A DNA stretch of 64,000 nt from Eledone cirrhosa (lineage: Eukaryota), in NCBI GenBank assembly GCA_964016885.1, contig OZ024763.1, positions 6,510,001 to 6,574,000 on the forward strand, given 5' to 3'. The translations under genes and the position numbers were made by a program. Under the pieces are notes generated by a model. It was given only the letters and a program-made list of their open reading frames with translations, was not told the DNA's origin and ran no database searches. This document shows, piece after piece, positions 1 to 14,039 of the stretch. Numbering within the stretch: the first letter of the stretch is position 1; each line of letters begins with the position of its first letter.

Positions 1-64
1 GCCAAACCTTTTGTACAATGCTCTACCGATTCTGCCAGTCCACCGCTTTTTCTTTTTTTGTCAC

Positions 65-675
65 CAGTGGATGTTTGGGTGGCTGGGTGGTTAGTTGAGA
101 AGATGGTTGGTTGGGTGGGTGGCTGGTTTGGTGGTTGGTTGAATGGTTGGTTGGTTTGGTGACTGTATGGATGGTTGGGCAGTTGGTTAAATGGTTGGTT
201 GGGTAGTTAGGTGGTTGGTCAGGTGGATGGTTGGGTGGTTGGTTGAATGGTTGGTTGGGTGGATAGGTGGTTGGTCAGGTGGATGGTTGGGCAGTTGGTT
301 GAATGGTTGGTTGGGTGGATAGGTGGTTGGTCAGGTGGATGGTTGGGTGGTTGGTTGGGTAGTTAGGTGGTTGGTCAGGTGGATGGTTGGGCAGTTGGTT
401 GAATGGTTGGTTGGGTGGATGGTTGGTCAGGTGGATGGTTGGGTGGTTGGTTGAATGGTTGGTTGGGTGGATAGGTGGTTGGTCAGGTGGATGGTTGGGT
501 GGTTGGTTGAATGGATAGGTGGTTGGTCAGGTGGATGGTTGGGTGGTTGGTTGAATGGTTGGTTGGGTAGATAGGTGGTTGGTCAGGTGGATGGTTGGGC
601 AGTTGGTTGAATGGTTGGTTGGGTGGATGGTTGGGTGGTTGTGTGTGGGTGGTTGGGTGGTTGTGTGTGGATGGT
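65..675. repeat. (GGTT)n/(GGAT)-derived simple repeat
   Basis: degenerate ggtt arrays with recurring ggtcaggtggatggttgg. Confidence 0.9.
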
Positions 676-717
676 TGTTTAGCTTTAGTCAGTGTTTGAT
701 ACAACAGGTTGGTTGAA

Positions 718-1255
718 TATATGTGTGTGTTACATATGTATGTGTGTGTTACATATGTATGTGTGTGTTACATATGTATGTGTGTGTTACATATGTATGT
801 GTGTTTTACATATGTATGTGTGTTTTACATATGTATGTGTGTGTTACATATGTATGTGTGTGTTACATATGTATGTGTGTGTTACATATGTATGTGTGTG
901 TTACATATGTATGTGTGTGTTACATATGTATGTGTGTGTTACATATGTATGTGTGTTTTACATATGTATGTGTGTGTTACATATGTATGTGTGTGTTACA
1001 TATGTATGTGTGTGTTACATATGTATGTGTGTTTTACATATGTATGTGTGTTTTACATATGTATGTGTGTGTTACATATGTATGTGTGTGTTACATATGT
1101 ATGTGTGTGTTACATATGTATGTGTGTGTTACATATGTATGTGTGTGTTACATATGTATGTGTGTGTTACATATGTATGTGTGTGTTACATATGTATGTG
1201 TGTGTTACATATGTATGTGTGTGTTACATATGTATGTGTGTGTTACATATGAATG
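718..1255. repeat. 19-bp minisatellite, about 28 copies
   Basis: unit gtgtgtgttacatatgtat. Confidence 0.95.
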
Positions 1256-1929
1256 TGTGTGTTTAATGTTTGTATGTGAAATGTGCATGTGTGTAATGTA
1301 TATGTAATGTATGTTATGTGATATAAAAGGTAAGGTAGAGCAGAAAGATTGTGTGATGTGTGTGTAGCTGTGTAATGTGTGTGGCTGTGTGATGTGTAAT
1401 GTGTGTGGCTGTGTAATGTGTGTAGCTGTGTGATGTGTGATGTGTGTAGCTGTGTGATGTGTAATGTGTGTAGCTGTGTGATGTGTAATATGTGTAATGT
1501 GTAATGTGTGTAGCTGTGTGATGTGTAATGTGCATGGTTGTGTAATGTGTGTGGCTGTGTAATGTGTGTGGCTGTGTAATGTGTGTGGTTGTGTAATGTG
1601 TGATATGTAATGTGTGTGGCTGTGTGGTGTGTAATGTATATATATGTGTAGTGTAATGTACATATATATGTGTAGTGTAATGTATGTATATGTAGTGTAA
1701 TATATATGTGTAGTGTGTATATATATATATATAGTGTAATATATATGTGTGTGTAGTGTAATGTATATATATATGGTATAATGTATATATATGTAGTGTA
1801 ATGTATATATATATATATGTAGTGTAATGTATGTATATATATATGTAGTGTAATGTATATATATGTAGTGTAATGTAGATATATATATATATGTGGTATA
1901 ATATATATATATGTGGTATAATATATATA

Positions 1930-2850
1930 TATGTAGTGTAAGGTATATATATGTGTTGTAATGTATATATATGTAGTGTAAGGTATATATATGTAGTGTA
2001 AGGTGTATATATGTAGTGTAAGGTGTATATATGTGTTGTAATGTATATATATGTGTTGTAATGTATATATATGTAGTGTAAGGTATATATATGTAGTGTA
2101 AGGTGTATATATGTAGTGTAAGGTGTATATATGTGTTGTAATGTATATATATGTGTTGTAATGTATATATATGTAGTGTAAGGTATATATATGTAGTGTA
2201 AGGTGTATATATGTAGTGTAAGGTGTATATATGTGTTGTAATGTATATATATGTGTTGTAATGTATATATATGTAGTGTAAGGTATATATATGTAGTGTA
2301 AGGTGTATATATGTAGTGTAAGGTGTATATATGTGTTGTAATGTATATATATGTGTTGTAATGTATATATATGTAGTGTAAGGTATATATATGTAGTGTA
2401 AGGTGTATATATGTAGTGTAAGGTGTATATATGTGTTGTAATGTATATATATGTGTTGTAATGTATATATATGTAGTGTAAGGTATATATATGTAGTGTA
2501 AGGTGTATATATGTAGTGTAAGGTGTATATATGTGTTGTAATGTATATATATGTGTTGTAATGTATATATATGTAGTGTAAGGTATATATATGTAGTGTA
2601 AGGTGTATATATGTAGTGTAAGGTGTATATATGTGTTGTAATGTATATATATGTGTTGTAATGTATATATATGTAGTGTAAGGTATATATATGTAGTGTA
2701 AGGTATATATATGTAGTGTAAGGTATATATATGTAGTGTAAGGTATATATATATAGTGTAAGGTGTATATATGTGTTGTAATATATATATATGTAGTGTA
2801 AGGTATATATATGTAGTGTAAGGTATATATATGTAGTGTAAGGTATATAT
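1930..2850. repeat. 20-bp minisatellite with 100-bp higher-order period
   Basis: variants atgtagtgtaaggtatatat, atgtagtgtaaggtgtatat x2 and atgtgttgtaatgtatatat x2 recur in fixed order. Confidence 0.9.
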
Positions 2851-3191
2851 ATACATTGTAATATATACCTCCCCCCCCCCCCAACAAATAGGTCAATGTC
2901 CTTCACATTGAACAACTGTTGTTGTTGTTGCTACTGCTGCTGCTACACCATTTGCAGCAGCAGCAGCAGTAGCAACACTAATAACAACAGAAGCTCCAAC
3001 ACCACTACCACCAACACCACCACTACCACCACCAACAACAACACTACCAACGCCACCATCATCACCACCACCATCACCACTACCACCACCACCACCAACA
3101 TCATCACCACCACCATCACCACATACACTCTCGCCTAATCTTGCTTTACATCTTTTTGTCTTTTTCTTTTCTTTTCTATCTTCTCAATGTG

Positions 3192-3243
<52 letters not shown>

Positions 3244-3552
3244 CACACACACACATGTATATATATATGTACATGGATGTATATACATACATACACACAA
3301 AACATATATTATACACATATACATATTGTTAAAGAAATGACAACACAAACACAGATGCAAAACACATATATACACACACATATATATACATACACACACA
3401 CATATATATATACACACACACACATATATATACACACACATATATATATATATATATATACACATACACACATATATATATACACACACACACATATATA
3501 TATATATATACACACATACACATATATATATATACACACACACACACATATA

Positions 3553-3590
<38 letters not shown>

Positions 3591-3717
3591 CACACACACA
3601 TATATATATATATATATACACACATACACACATATATATATACACACACACATATATATATATATATATACACACATACACACATATATATATACACACA
3701 CACATATATATATATAT

Positions 3718-3763
<46 letters not shown>

Positions 3764-3820
3764 ACACATATATATATATACACACACACATATATATATA
3801 CACACATACACACATATATA

Positions 3821-4156
3821 CAGTGAAACCTTGGTTCACGAACTTAATTTGTTCATGAAGGCCGTTTGTCATCTGAAATGTTTGTAAACTAAAACTATGT
3901 TTCCCATAAGAAATATTGAGAGAGAAATACAGAGAGAGAGAGGGAGGGAGAGTGTGTGTGTGTGAAAGACAGATAGATATCACCATAGTAACTAACTACA
4001 GAGCAAGTGACATTTTCCTGCCGATACTCCCAGCTTGTTGGCAACTGTTGCTGCCGCCTTGCGTGTTTGTTACTCAAGAGGCTGCGCCTTAACTGAGAGG
4101 TTTTATGTTCAGAAAAACTGTTTGTGAATCGTTTTGATTGAGACGAAGTTTCACTG
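3821..4156. mobile_element. Tc1/mariner-pogo-type MITE
   Basis: imperfect TIR cagtgaaacc... / ...gaagtttcactg, flanked by TA on both sides. Confidence 0.7.
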
Positions 4157-4164
4157 TATATATA

Positions 4165-4405
4165 TCATCATCATCATCACCGTTTTACGTCCGTTCTTCC
4201 ATGCTAGCATGGGTTGGGTTAGACGGGTTGTCCTGTTGTGGGCAGTGTCTGGTCGGCTGACCATGCCTTGCTCATACAGGAACTGATTCTGGCTTGATTT
4301 CTACAGCTGGATGCCCTTCCTAACACCAACCTTATTTACAGTGAGTGCTGGGTGTGTTTTTATCACCTACATGACCACTTTACAGTGTGGCCTGGGTGCT
4401 TTTTT
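4165..4405 (-). mobile_element. RTE-LINE 3' tail-type short repeat
   Basis: catcatcat tail plus ctacagctggatgcccttcctaacaccaacc motif; related copies at about 25260-25485, 30260-30390, 49443-49680, 55740-55960. Confidence 0.75.
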
Positions 4406-4429
4406 TGTATATATCACTATATATATATC

Positions 4430-4965
4430 TCTCTATATATAAAATTATTTGTCTGTCTGTCTGTCTTTTTCCTAAATGGCTCGACCAAATCAAATCAAAT
4501 TTATACAATTATCTATATATCTATATCTACATCTACATATAATATAAAAGATTTGAACACCCATCATCCTTTTGAGAGACATGGACCTGCTACTTCTATG
4601 CAATGACACCCTTTACAGTCAGGTGGATGAGGAACCATCTACTAGTGGTCACTATTTTTGGAGGCAATCATCAAGGAGAAAATGCATTTATTCACAAGAT
4701 TCCTCTTATCCCTTCCTCTACCGAGCTGCCATTCAAATTCTCAAGACTTCAGTTCCCTGTTAGAGCCAGTTTTGCTATGACCGTAAATAAAGCTCAGGCT
4801 CAGAGTTTCAAAGTTGTAGAATTGAATACAAGAGAATCACTTTTTACCCATGGGCAGTTATATGTAAGTTGTTCGTGGATGGAAACACCAAGAAATCTTC
4901 ATATACTATGTACGAACAGCAACATGAAGAATTTGGTGTATCTGGAAGATTTGTTTACTGTTTAT
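4430..4965 (+). mobile_element. Helitron remnant with PIF1-type helicase C-terminal fragment
   Basis: translation IPLIPSSTELPFKFSRLQFPVRASFAMTVNKAQAQSF...LFTHGQLYVSCS...KNLVY matches RepHel helicase motifs V-VI; tctatatatataaaa..gtctgtctgt Helitron-like 5' start at about 4430. Confidence 0.88.
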
Positions 4966-5191
4966 TTTTTAGTAACACACACACACACACACACCGTGGT
5001 CTCACCTCATACTGTAAACTAGACAAACATCCAATACAGTCATTTTCTCATCTACCTGTCTTCTTTTATCATCTGTTTACGCCGGCGAAAACAGAGAATG
5101 TCTGTCTGTCTGACTAAAACTCGAGAACCACCCAACCAATTTTTTTCAAACTTTACACATTCTGCTGGTATATATATATCTATCTATCTAT

Positions 5192-5440
5192 CTAAGGTGG
5201 GTAAAATTCCCGAGATCCATGGACGAGTTCTCTCCAGCGGTCTCTGTCCCTCATTATCGCTGCCATATCCTGCATCTCCAACAGACCAGTGTCTGTCCTT
5301 AGGGCATCAACATATGTTAACCTTGGTCTTCCTCTTCTAGTGTGTCCATGTAGGGGCTCCCAAAGGAGCACTGAGTGCAATGTCAACTCTGGATGTCGGT
5401 GAGCATGTCCAGCCAACCTCAGTCTCCTCTGTGTCACTTT
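5192..5440 (-). mobile_element. Non-LTR retrotransposon (RTE/RTE-X-like) ORF2 3' end
   Basis: RRLRLAGHAHRHPE..LLWEPLHGHTRRGRPRLTYVDAL..MRDRDRWRELV. Confidence 0.8.
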
Positions 5441-5574
5441 ATATATATATATATCTCCAGACATCACCACGTGAAACCCTACCAATATTCCAGTGTAAAT
5501 CTCAGTTCTATGTCTTCTCTAATATTTCACTATGACATTACCAACATATACGCATACATAACTCTCTTATACAC

Positions 5575-6790
5575 TCACACGCTCTTTCTTACACACACAC
5601 ACTCTTTCTTACACACACACTCTTTCTTACACACACACTCTCTTTCTTACACACACACTCTCTTTCTTACACACACACACTCTTTCTTACACACACACAC
5701 TCTTTCTTACACACACACACTCTTTCTTACACACACACTCTTTCTTACACACACACTCTCTTTCTTACACACACACACTCTTTCTTACACACACACACAC
5801 TCTTTCTTACACACACACTCTTTCTTACACACACACTCTCTTTCTTACACACACACACTCTTTCTTACACACACACACACTCTTTCTTACACACACACTC
5901 TTTCTTACACACACACACTCTTTCTTACACACACACACTCTTTCTTACACACACACTCTCTTTCTTACACACACACACTCTTTCTTACACACACACACAC
6001 TCTTTCTTACACACACACTCTTTCTTACACACACACTCTCTTTCTTACACACACACTCTCTTTCTTACACACACACTCTTTCTTACACACACACTCTTTC
6101 TTACACAAACACTCTTTCTTACACACACATTGTCTCTTACACACACACTCTTTCTTACACACACATTGTCTCTTACACACACACTCTTTCTTACACACAC
6201 ATTGTCTCTTACACACACACTCTTTCTTACACACACACTCTTTCTTACACACACAAACCTCTTTCTTACACACACATTGTCTCTTACACACACACTCTTT
6301 CTCACACACACATTGTCTCTTACACAAACCTCTTTCTTACACACACATTGTCTCTTACACACACACTCTTTCTTACACACACATTGTCTCTTACACACAC
6401 ACTCTTTCTTACACACACATTGTCTCTTACACACACACTCTTTCTTACACACACACTCTTTCTTACACACACATTGTCTCTTACACAAACCTCTTTCTTA
6501 CACACACATTGTCTCTTACACACACACTCTTTCTTACACACACATTGTCTCTTACACACACACTCTTTCTTACACACACACTCTTTCTTACACACACATT
6601 GTCTCTTACACAAACCTCTTTCTTACACACACATTGTCTCTTACACACACACTCTTTCTTACACACACATTGTCTCTTACACACACACTCTTTCTTACAC
6701 ACACACACTCTTTCTTACACACACATTGTCTCTTACACAAACCTCTTTCTTACACACACACACTCTCGCCATCTCTTACACACACATACC
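5575..6790. repeat. compound minisatellite (tctttctta[ca]n)
   Basis: direct reading. Confidence 0.9.
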
Positions 6791-7209
6791 TCTCTCTCTC
6801 ATACTTACTCTTTCATAATACCTCTCTCTCTCTCTCCCTCTCTCTCTGTTACACACTCACTCCCTCATACTTCTCTTACACACACCCGCTCTCTCTCATA
6901 CCTCTCTCTTTTACACATGCTTCTTTCTCTCACACACTGTCTTACATCTCTCTCTCTCTCCCCCATCACTCTACCCACCCTCACTGGACAACATCATCAA
7001 CAACAACATCAACATCAATAACAACAAAACAAAACAACTGAAGTGTTTCCGTAAATAAGATATAATAATTGTTTCTACATTAGGCACAAGGCCAGCAATT
7101 CCCCCAGTGTATTACTGGTGCTTTGTTTTATCGACCCCCGTCAGGATGAAAGGCAAAGTTAACCTCGGAGGGGTTTAAATAAGATATAATAATACTGTCC
7201 ACTTTCACT

Positions 7210-7436
7210 CTTGTTGTTGTTGATGGTTATAGTGGTGGTGGTGGTGGTGGTGGTGGTGGTGGTGGTGGTGGGGTTGTGGTGGTGGTCGTGGTGGTGGTGG
7301 TGGTCGTGGTGGTGGTGGTGGTGGTGGTGGTGGTGGGGTGGTGGTGGTGGTCGTGGTGGTGGTCGTGGTGGTGGTGGTGGTGGGGTTGTGGTGGTGGTCG
7401 TGGTGGTGGTCGTGGTGGTGGTGGTGGTGGTGGTGG

Positions 7437-7467
<31 letters not shown>

Positions 7468-7978
7468 GGTGGTGGTGGTGGTAGTGGTGTTGTTGTTGTT
7501 GGTGGTGGTGGTGGTGGTGGTGGTGGTGGTGATGGTGGGGTTGTGGTGGTGGTGGTGGTGGTGGTGAGGTTCTGGTGATGGTGGGGTTGTGGTGGTGGTG
7601 GTGGTGATGGTGGTGGTGGAGATGGTGATGGTGGGGTTGTGGTGGTGGTGGTGGTGGTGGTGGTGGAGATGGTGAGGTTCTGGTGATAGTGGGGTTGTGG
7701 TGGTGGTGGTGGTGATGGTGGTGGTGATGGTTATAGTGGTGGTGGTGGTGGAGATGGTGGGGTTCTGGTGATGGTGGGGTTGTGGTGGTGGTGGTGATGG
7801 TGGTGGTGGTGGTGGTGGTGGTAGTGGTTATAGTGCTGGTGGTGGTGGTGGTGGTGATGGTGTTGGTGGTGGTGGTGATGGTTATAGTGGTGGTGATGGT
7901 AGTGGTGGTGTTGGTGGTGGTGGTGGTGGTAGTGGTGGTGATGGTGGTGGTGATGGTTATAGTGGTGGTGGTGGTGTA
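7210..7978. repeat. (GGT)n degenerate microsatellite
   Basis: direct reading. Confidence 0.9.
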
Positions 7979-8169
7979 AATTGAGGAAGTTATTAGCTGC
8001 TATATCTAGCTTGTCAGCAGACCACCACCACCACCACTATATATAGTTGGCTTGTCTAGACTGGTGTAATTTGAGGGAGGTCTTAGCTACTATGTCTAGC
8101 TGGTACAGTGGCTCCCTCTCTGTCTTATTGAAACATAAAACTGTTTTATTCAACAAACACAAACCTTGT

Positions 8170-9420
8170 TTCTCTTTTTCTTTTTCCTTCTTTCTCCCTC
8201 TCTCTTTCCCTCGCTCATTATTCTCTCTCTCTCCTTCCCTCTCTCTCCTTCCCTCTCTCATTCCCTCTCTCATTCTCTCTCTCTTTCCTTCCCTCTCTCA
8301 TTCCCTCTCTCATTCTCTCTCTCTCTCTTTCCCTCTCTCATTATTCTCTCTCTCTCCTTCCCTCTCTCTCCTTCCCTCTCTCATTCTCTCTCTCTCTCTT
8401 TCCCTCTCTCATTATTCTCTCTCTCTCCTTCCTCTCTTATTCTCTCTCTCTCTCCTCCCCTCTCTCATTCTCTCTCTCTCCTTCCCTCTCTCATTCTCTC
8501 TCTCTCTTTCCCTCTCTCATTATTCTCTCTCTCTCCTTCCCTCTCTCTCCTCCCCTCTCTCATTCTCCCTCTCTCATTCTCTCTCTCTCTTTCCCTCTCA
8601 TTATTCTCTCTCTCTCCTTCCCTCTCTCTCCTCCCCTCTCTCATTCTCCCTCTCTCATTCTCTCTCTCTCTTTCCCTCTCTCATTATTCTCTCTCTCTCC
8701 TTCCCTCTCTCTCCTCCCCTCTCCCTCTCTCATTCTCTCTCTCTCTTTCCCTCTCTCATTATTCTCTCTCTCTTTCCCTCTCTCATTATTCTCTCTCTCT
8801 CCTCCCCTCTCTCATTCTCTCTCTCTCCTCCCCTCTCTCATTCTCTCTCTCTCCTCCCCTCTCTCATTCTCTCTCTCTCCTTCCCTCTCATTCTCTCTCT
8901 CCTTCCCTCTCTCATTCTCTCTCTCTCCTCCCCTCTCTCATTCTCTCTCCTTCCCTCTCTCATTCTCTCTCTCTCCTTCCCTCTCTCATTCTCTCTCTCC
9001 TCCCCTCTCTCATTCTCTCTCTCTCCTCCCCTCTCTCATTCTCTCTCTCTCCTCCCCTCTCTCATTCTCTCTCTCCTTCCCTCTCTCATTCTCTCTCTCT
9101 CATTCCCTCTCTCATTCTCTCTCTCTCCTTCCCTCTCTCATTCTCTCTCTCTCCTTCCCTCTCTCATTTCCATTTCTCTTTTCCCCCTCTCTCATATTTT
9201 TATCCCTCCTCCTCCTCACTTCTTCCACCCCCTCATTATTTCTCTCTCTCTTACCCCCTCACTTTATTTTCTCTTTATTATGCCTCTCTTTCTCTTTCTG
9301 TCCTCTCTCTCTCTCTCTCCTCTATCTTCTCTTTCTTTTCTCTCTTCTCTCCCCCTCTTTCCCTCTCTTCCCATCTTTACTCTTGCACCCTCCTCTCTCT
9401 CTCCTCTCCCTGCTACCTCT
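8170..9420. repeat. polypyrimidine (CT)n-rich tract
   Basis: direct reading; similar tracts at 10655-11020 (GA) and 11065-11620 (CT). Confidence 0.9.
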
Positions 9421-9637
9421 CCCTATATACTACAGATGCACACATCTGTAGTATATCTGCTAGATAACAACATATATGCACCAGCGCTCCTCCTCCACCA
9501 CCCTCCCCCTTCCTTCTTCACTATCATCATCATCATCACAACAACAACAACAACCACAATGATAATAATTACAGTTATGATCATGATGTTGATGATGTTG
9601 TTATCCTATTTTTTTCCCCACTACCACCACCACTGAC

Positions 9638-9677
<40 letters not shown>

Positions 9678-9680
9678 CGC

Positions 9681-9724
<44 letters not shown>

Positions 9725-9811
9725 TCATTGTGTGTGTATATATATGTATATAGGTGTGTGTGTGTATGTATATGATGTTGCTGTGCTCATAATGTATATA
9801 TATATATATAT

Positions 9812-9882
<71 letters not shown>

Positions 9883-10048
9883 ATATGTATACATATATAT
9901 AGATATATATATGATGTATATATATATATATATATTTATACATATATTGTGTATATATATGATGTATATATATATATATAAAAAAAAATAAAATAATGAA
10001 ATTATTGTGTAAAGTGCTCAGGTGCACTACAACTCATATATATATATA

Positions 10049-10080
<32 letters not shown>

Positions 10081-10304
10081 TTATACATATATTGTGTGTA
10101 TATATATATATATATATATATTATATATTATATCTATATATGTATATATGTAAATGTATATATATATATGTGTGTGTGTGTAAATATATGTATGCATACA
10201 CGTATGTATGTTTATATATATATGTGTGTGTATATATTTGTGTACATACATATATATATTGATTTATATATATGTGTGTATGTTATATATATATACACAC
10301 AAAC

Positions 10305-10337
<33 letters not shown>

Positions 10338-10399
10338 AACATATATATATATATATACACAAACATATATATATATATACACACAATATATATACACAA

Positions 10400-10446
<47 letters not shown>

Positions 10447-11951
10447 TCTACTATGCATATGCACAAAAAAAAAAACAACAGAATGCGAAGAAGTAGAAAG
10501 AGAAAGAAAGAAAGAAAGAAAGAAGGAAATTGGTTCTTTTATTTCCTTCCCTGTTTTTCTATCTTTCATATTCTGCAATGAGCATGAGAGGCATCTGGTG
10601 CAGCACTATAGGTGCACTTGGTGCACTGACAGTGCTGCATAGAGTGTGTGGTAGTGAGAGGGGGAGAGATAGATAAGGGGAGAGTGGGAGAGAGAAGGGG
10701 GAGAGATAGATAAGAGGAGAGTGGGAGAGAGAAGGGGGAGGAGAGATGGATAAGAGGAGAGTGGGAGAGAGAAGGGGGAGGAGAGAGAGAAGGGGAGAGG
10801 AGAGTGGGAGAGAGAAGGGGAGAGGAGAGTGGGAGAGAGAAGGGGAGAGGAGAGTGGGAGAGAGAAGGGGGAGGAGAGATGGATAAGAGGAGAGTGGGAG
10901 AGAGAAGGGGAGAGGAGAGTGGGAGAGAGAAGGGGGAGAAGAGTTGGATAAGAGAGAAGGAGGGAAATATATGTGTATAGAGGGAGAGAGAAAGAAGGGA
11001 AAGAGAGAGAGAGAGAGAGAGATGTGTTATGCAGACTTCAGTAAATACACTTGCACAATTACTCTTTACTCTCTCTACTCCGTCTCTCACTCTCTCTCAC
11101 ACTCTCTCTCTCTCTACTCCTGTCTCTCTCTCTCTGTCTCTCTCTCTCTCTCTCACTCTCTCTCTCTCTACTCCTGTCTCTCTCTCTCTGTCTCTCTCTC
11201 TCTCTCTCACTCTCTCTCTCTCTACTCCTGTCTCTCTCACTCTCTCTCTCTCACTCTCTCTCTCTCTCTACTCCTGTCTCTCTCTCTCTCTCTCTCTCTC
11301 ACTCTCTCTCTCTCTCTCTCACTCTCTCTCTCTCTCACTCACTCTCTCACTCTCTCTCTCTCTACTCCTGTCTCTCTCTCTCTCTCACTCTCTCTCACTC
11401 TCTACCTACTCCTGTCTCTCTCTCTCTCACTCTCTCACTCTACTCCTATCTCTCACTCTACTCCTGTCTCTCTCACTCTCTCTCTCACTCTCTCTCTACT
11501 CCTGTCTCTCTCTCACTCTCCCTCTCTCTACTCCTGTCTCTCTCTCACTCTCTCTCTCTCCCTCCTGTCTCTTTCTCTCTTTCTCCCTCCTGTCTCTCTC
11601 TCTCTCCCCCTGTCTCTCTTAGTCTATCCCCCTCTCTACACCAGTCTGTCTTGGTCTCTACCACCCACCCACCTGTACACACCTACCTACCCGCCCATCT
11701 TATATTATTACTACTATTATTATTATTATTTACACACCTTCATTTCACTTTCGTATTTGACATTTCATCTTTTTATATTCTTTCTGACTACACACACACA
11801 CACACATACTCCCTCCCCTTCCTCTCTGTGTATATATATGTGTGTGTGTGTGTGTATGTGTTATGTGTATAAATATGCCTGTATATATATATATATATAT
11901 GTGTGTGTATATATATATATATATATATGTGTATATATATATATATGTGTA

Positions 11952-11985
<34 letters not shown>

Positions 11986-12051
11986 TATGTGTATAAATAA
12001 GCATGTATATATATATATATACATGCTTATTTATACTTATATATATATATA

Positions 12052-12122
<71 letters not shown>

Positions 12123-12151
12123 GTATGTGTATAAATATGCATGTATATATA

Positions 12152-12195
<44 letters not shown>

Positions 12196-12212
12196 TATGT
12201 GTATAAATATGC

Positions 12213-12256
<44 letters not shown>

Positions 12257-12272
12257 GCTTATTTATACACAT

Positions 12273-12314
<42 letters not shown>

Positions 12315-12363
12315 ATATGTGTATATATATATATGTATGTGTATAAATATGCATGTATATATA

Positions 12364-12417
<54 letters not shown>

Positions 12418-12437
12418 TATGTGTATAAATATGCATG

Positions 12438-12475
<38 letters not shown>

Positions 12476-12479
12476 TATG

Positions 12480-12694
12480 TCAGTCGATCAACTTTCGTCA
12501 AATCTGACCGAGGAAACAATGTTTCCATTAACCTTTCCAAGTAGTACTGTCTATTGGTCACAACTCCAGGTAGAAGGAGCAACGTGAAATAAAGTGTCTT
12601 GCTCAAGGACATAACGCAGAGCACGGTCTGGGGATTGAACTCACAACCTCACGATTGCAAATCCAATCCTCTAACCACTCAGCCACACACCTTC
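12480..12694 (-). mobile_element. tRNA-derived CORE-type SINE (tail type 3)
   Basis: reverse complement has A/B-box-like head tggctgagtggttagag..gtgagttcaatcc and ccttgagcaagacactttatttcac core; near-identical family copy at 25025-25240. Confidence 0.8.
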
Positions 12695-12704
12695 ACTATA
12701 TATA

Positions 12705-12751
<47 letters not shown>

Positions 12752-12788
12752 TAATATATTATATATATATATATATATAATATATATA

Positions 12789-13072
<284 letters not shown>

Positions 13073-13182
13073 CATATATATATATATATACACATATATA
13101 TATATATATACACAGACATGTGTATATATATATATGTGTATATATATATATATACATGTGTATATATATATATGTGTGTGTG

Positions 13183-13335
13183 TCTTCAATCTTTCTAATT
13201 TCTCATTCTTTCTTCTGATGAAGGACAAGCATCCAAAACGTTAAGACCCTCTTCCTGCTATATCAAGCGTTCACCTAATATATTCCTTCCACATACTGTA
13301 CCGATTGTGTTGTTATTTCTGTTTACCTTTTACAT
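13183..13335 (+). mobile_element. short insert family B with degenerate hammerhead core
   Basis: ctgatga-aggacaagcatcc-aaaa-cgtta; homologous to 42800-42968 and 53371-53545. Confidence 0.65.
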
Positions 13336-13341
13336 ACACAG

Positions 13342-13940
13342 ACGGTACCTAGGTGATCAGATTAGCATGGGAGGGGGCTGTTCTGAGGCCATAGTATCTA
13401 GAATAAGGACGGGTTGGAAGAAGTTTAGGGAGCTGCTTCCTCTGTTGACAATGAAGGGTTTCTCCCTGCGTACGAAAGGACGGTTATATGATGCCTGTGT
13501 GAGATGCGCGATGCTGCATGGTAATGAGACATGGGCAGCAACGGCAGAGGATATGCGACGGCTGGAGAGAAATGCGGCAAACATGCTCCATTGGATGTGC
13601 AATGTCAATGTGTGTGAATGACGAAGCAAAGATGAGTTGAGAAAGAAACTGGGTATAAGAGGGATAAGTTATGGTGTGCAGGAGAGAAGGCTGAGATGGT
13701 ATGGACATGTGATGTATATGGAGGATGACCGATGGGTAAAGAAGTGCCAAGAAATCCCAGTAGAAGGAAGACGCAGTAGAGGAAGACCACGAAAAACATG
13801 GGCGGAGGTGGTGAGAGCAGACCTGAGATCGCTGAAACTCGCTGAGTAGATGACGAAGGACCGTGACAAGTGGAGAGATGCTGGGCTGAATAGGACCCGT
13901 CTCACTCTTGCAAGCAGGGAAAAGCAGACGTCAAATGATG
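13342..13940 (+). mobile_element. RTE-clade LINE 3' fragment
   Basis: YLGDQI..RIRTGWKKFRELLPLL..KGRLYDACVR..MLHGNETW..RRLRWYGHV..GRRSRGRPRKTW, followed by 3' UTR and gatgat tail. Confidence 0.9.
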
Positions 13941-14039
13941 ATATATATGTATATATATATGTATATGTATATAGATATATATCTAGAGAGATAGATATAT
14001 AGATATGCATGCATATATATATATCTTCTGCCTTCTTGT

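Noticed and set aside
692-2915. Long Y/I/H/T/C/V-rich ORFs (also 3184-3986, 19400-21228, 51692-53062, 56065-58280)
   Set aside because: Translations of TA/CA/TG micro- and minisatellites.
4603-5022. Host PIF1 helicase gene
   Set aside because: Only the C-terminal motifs are present, with substitutions at conserved sites (KAQAQS, CSW), no exon structure, and Helitron-type flanks.
8047-11996. Ser/Leu-rich ORFs of 270-530 aa
   Set aside because: Translations of (CT)n tracts.
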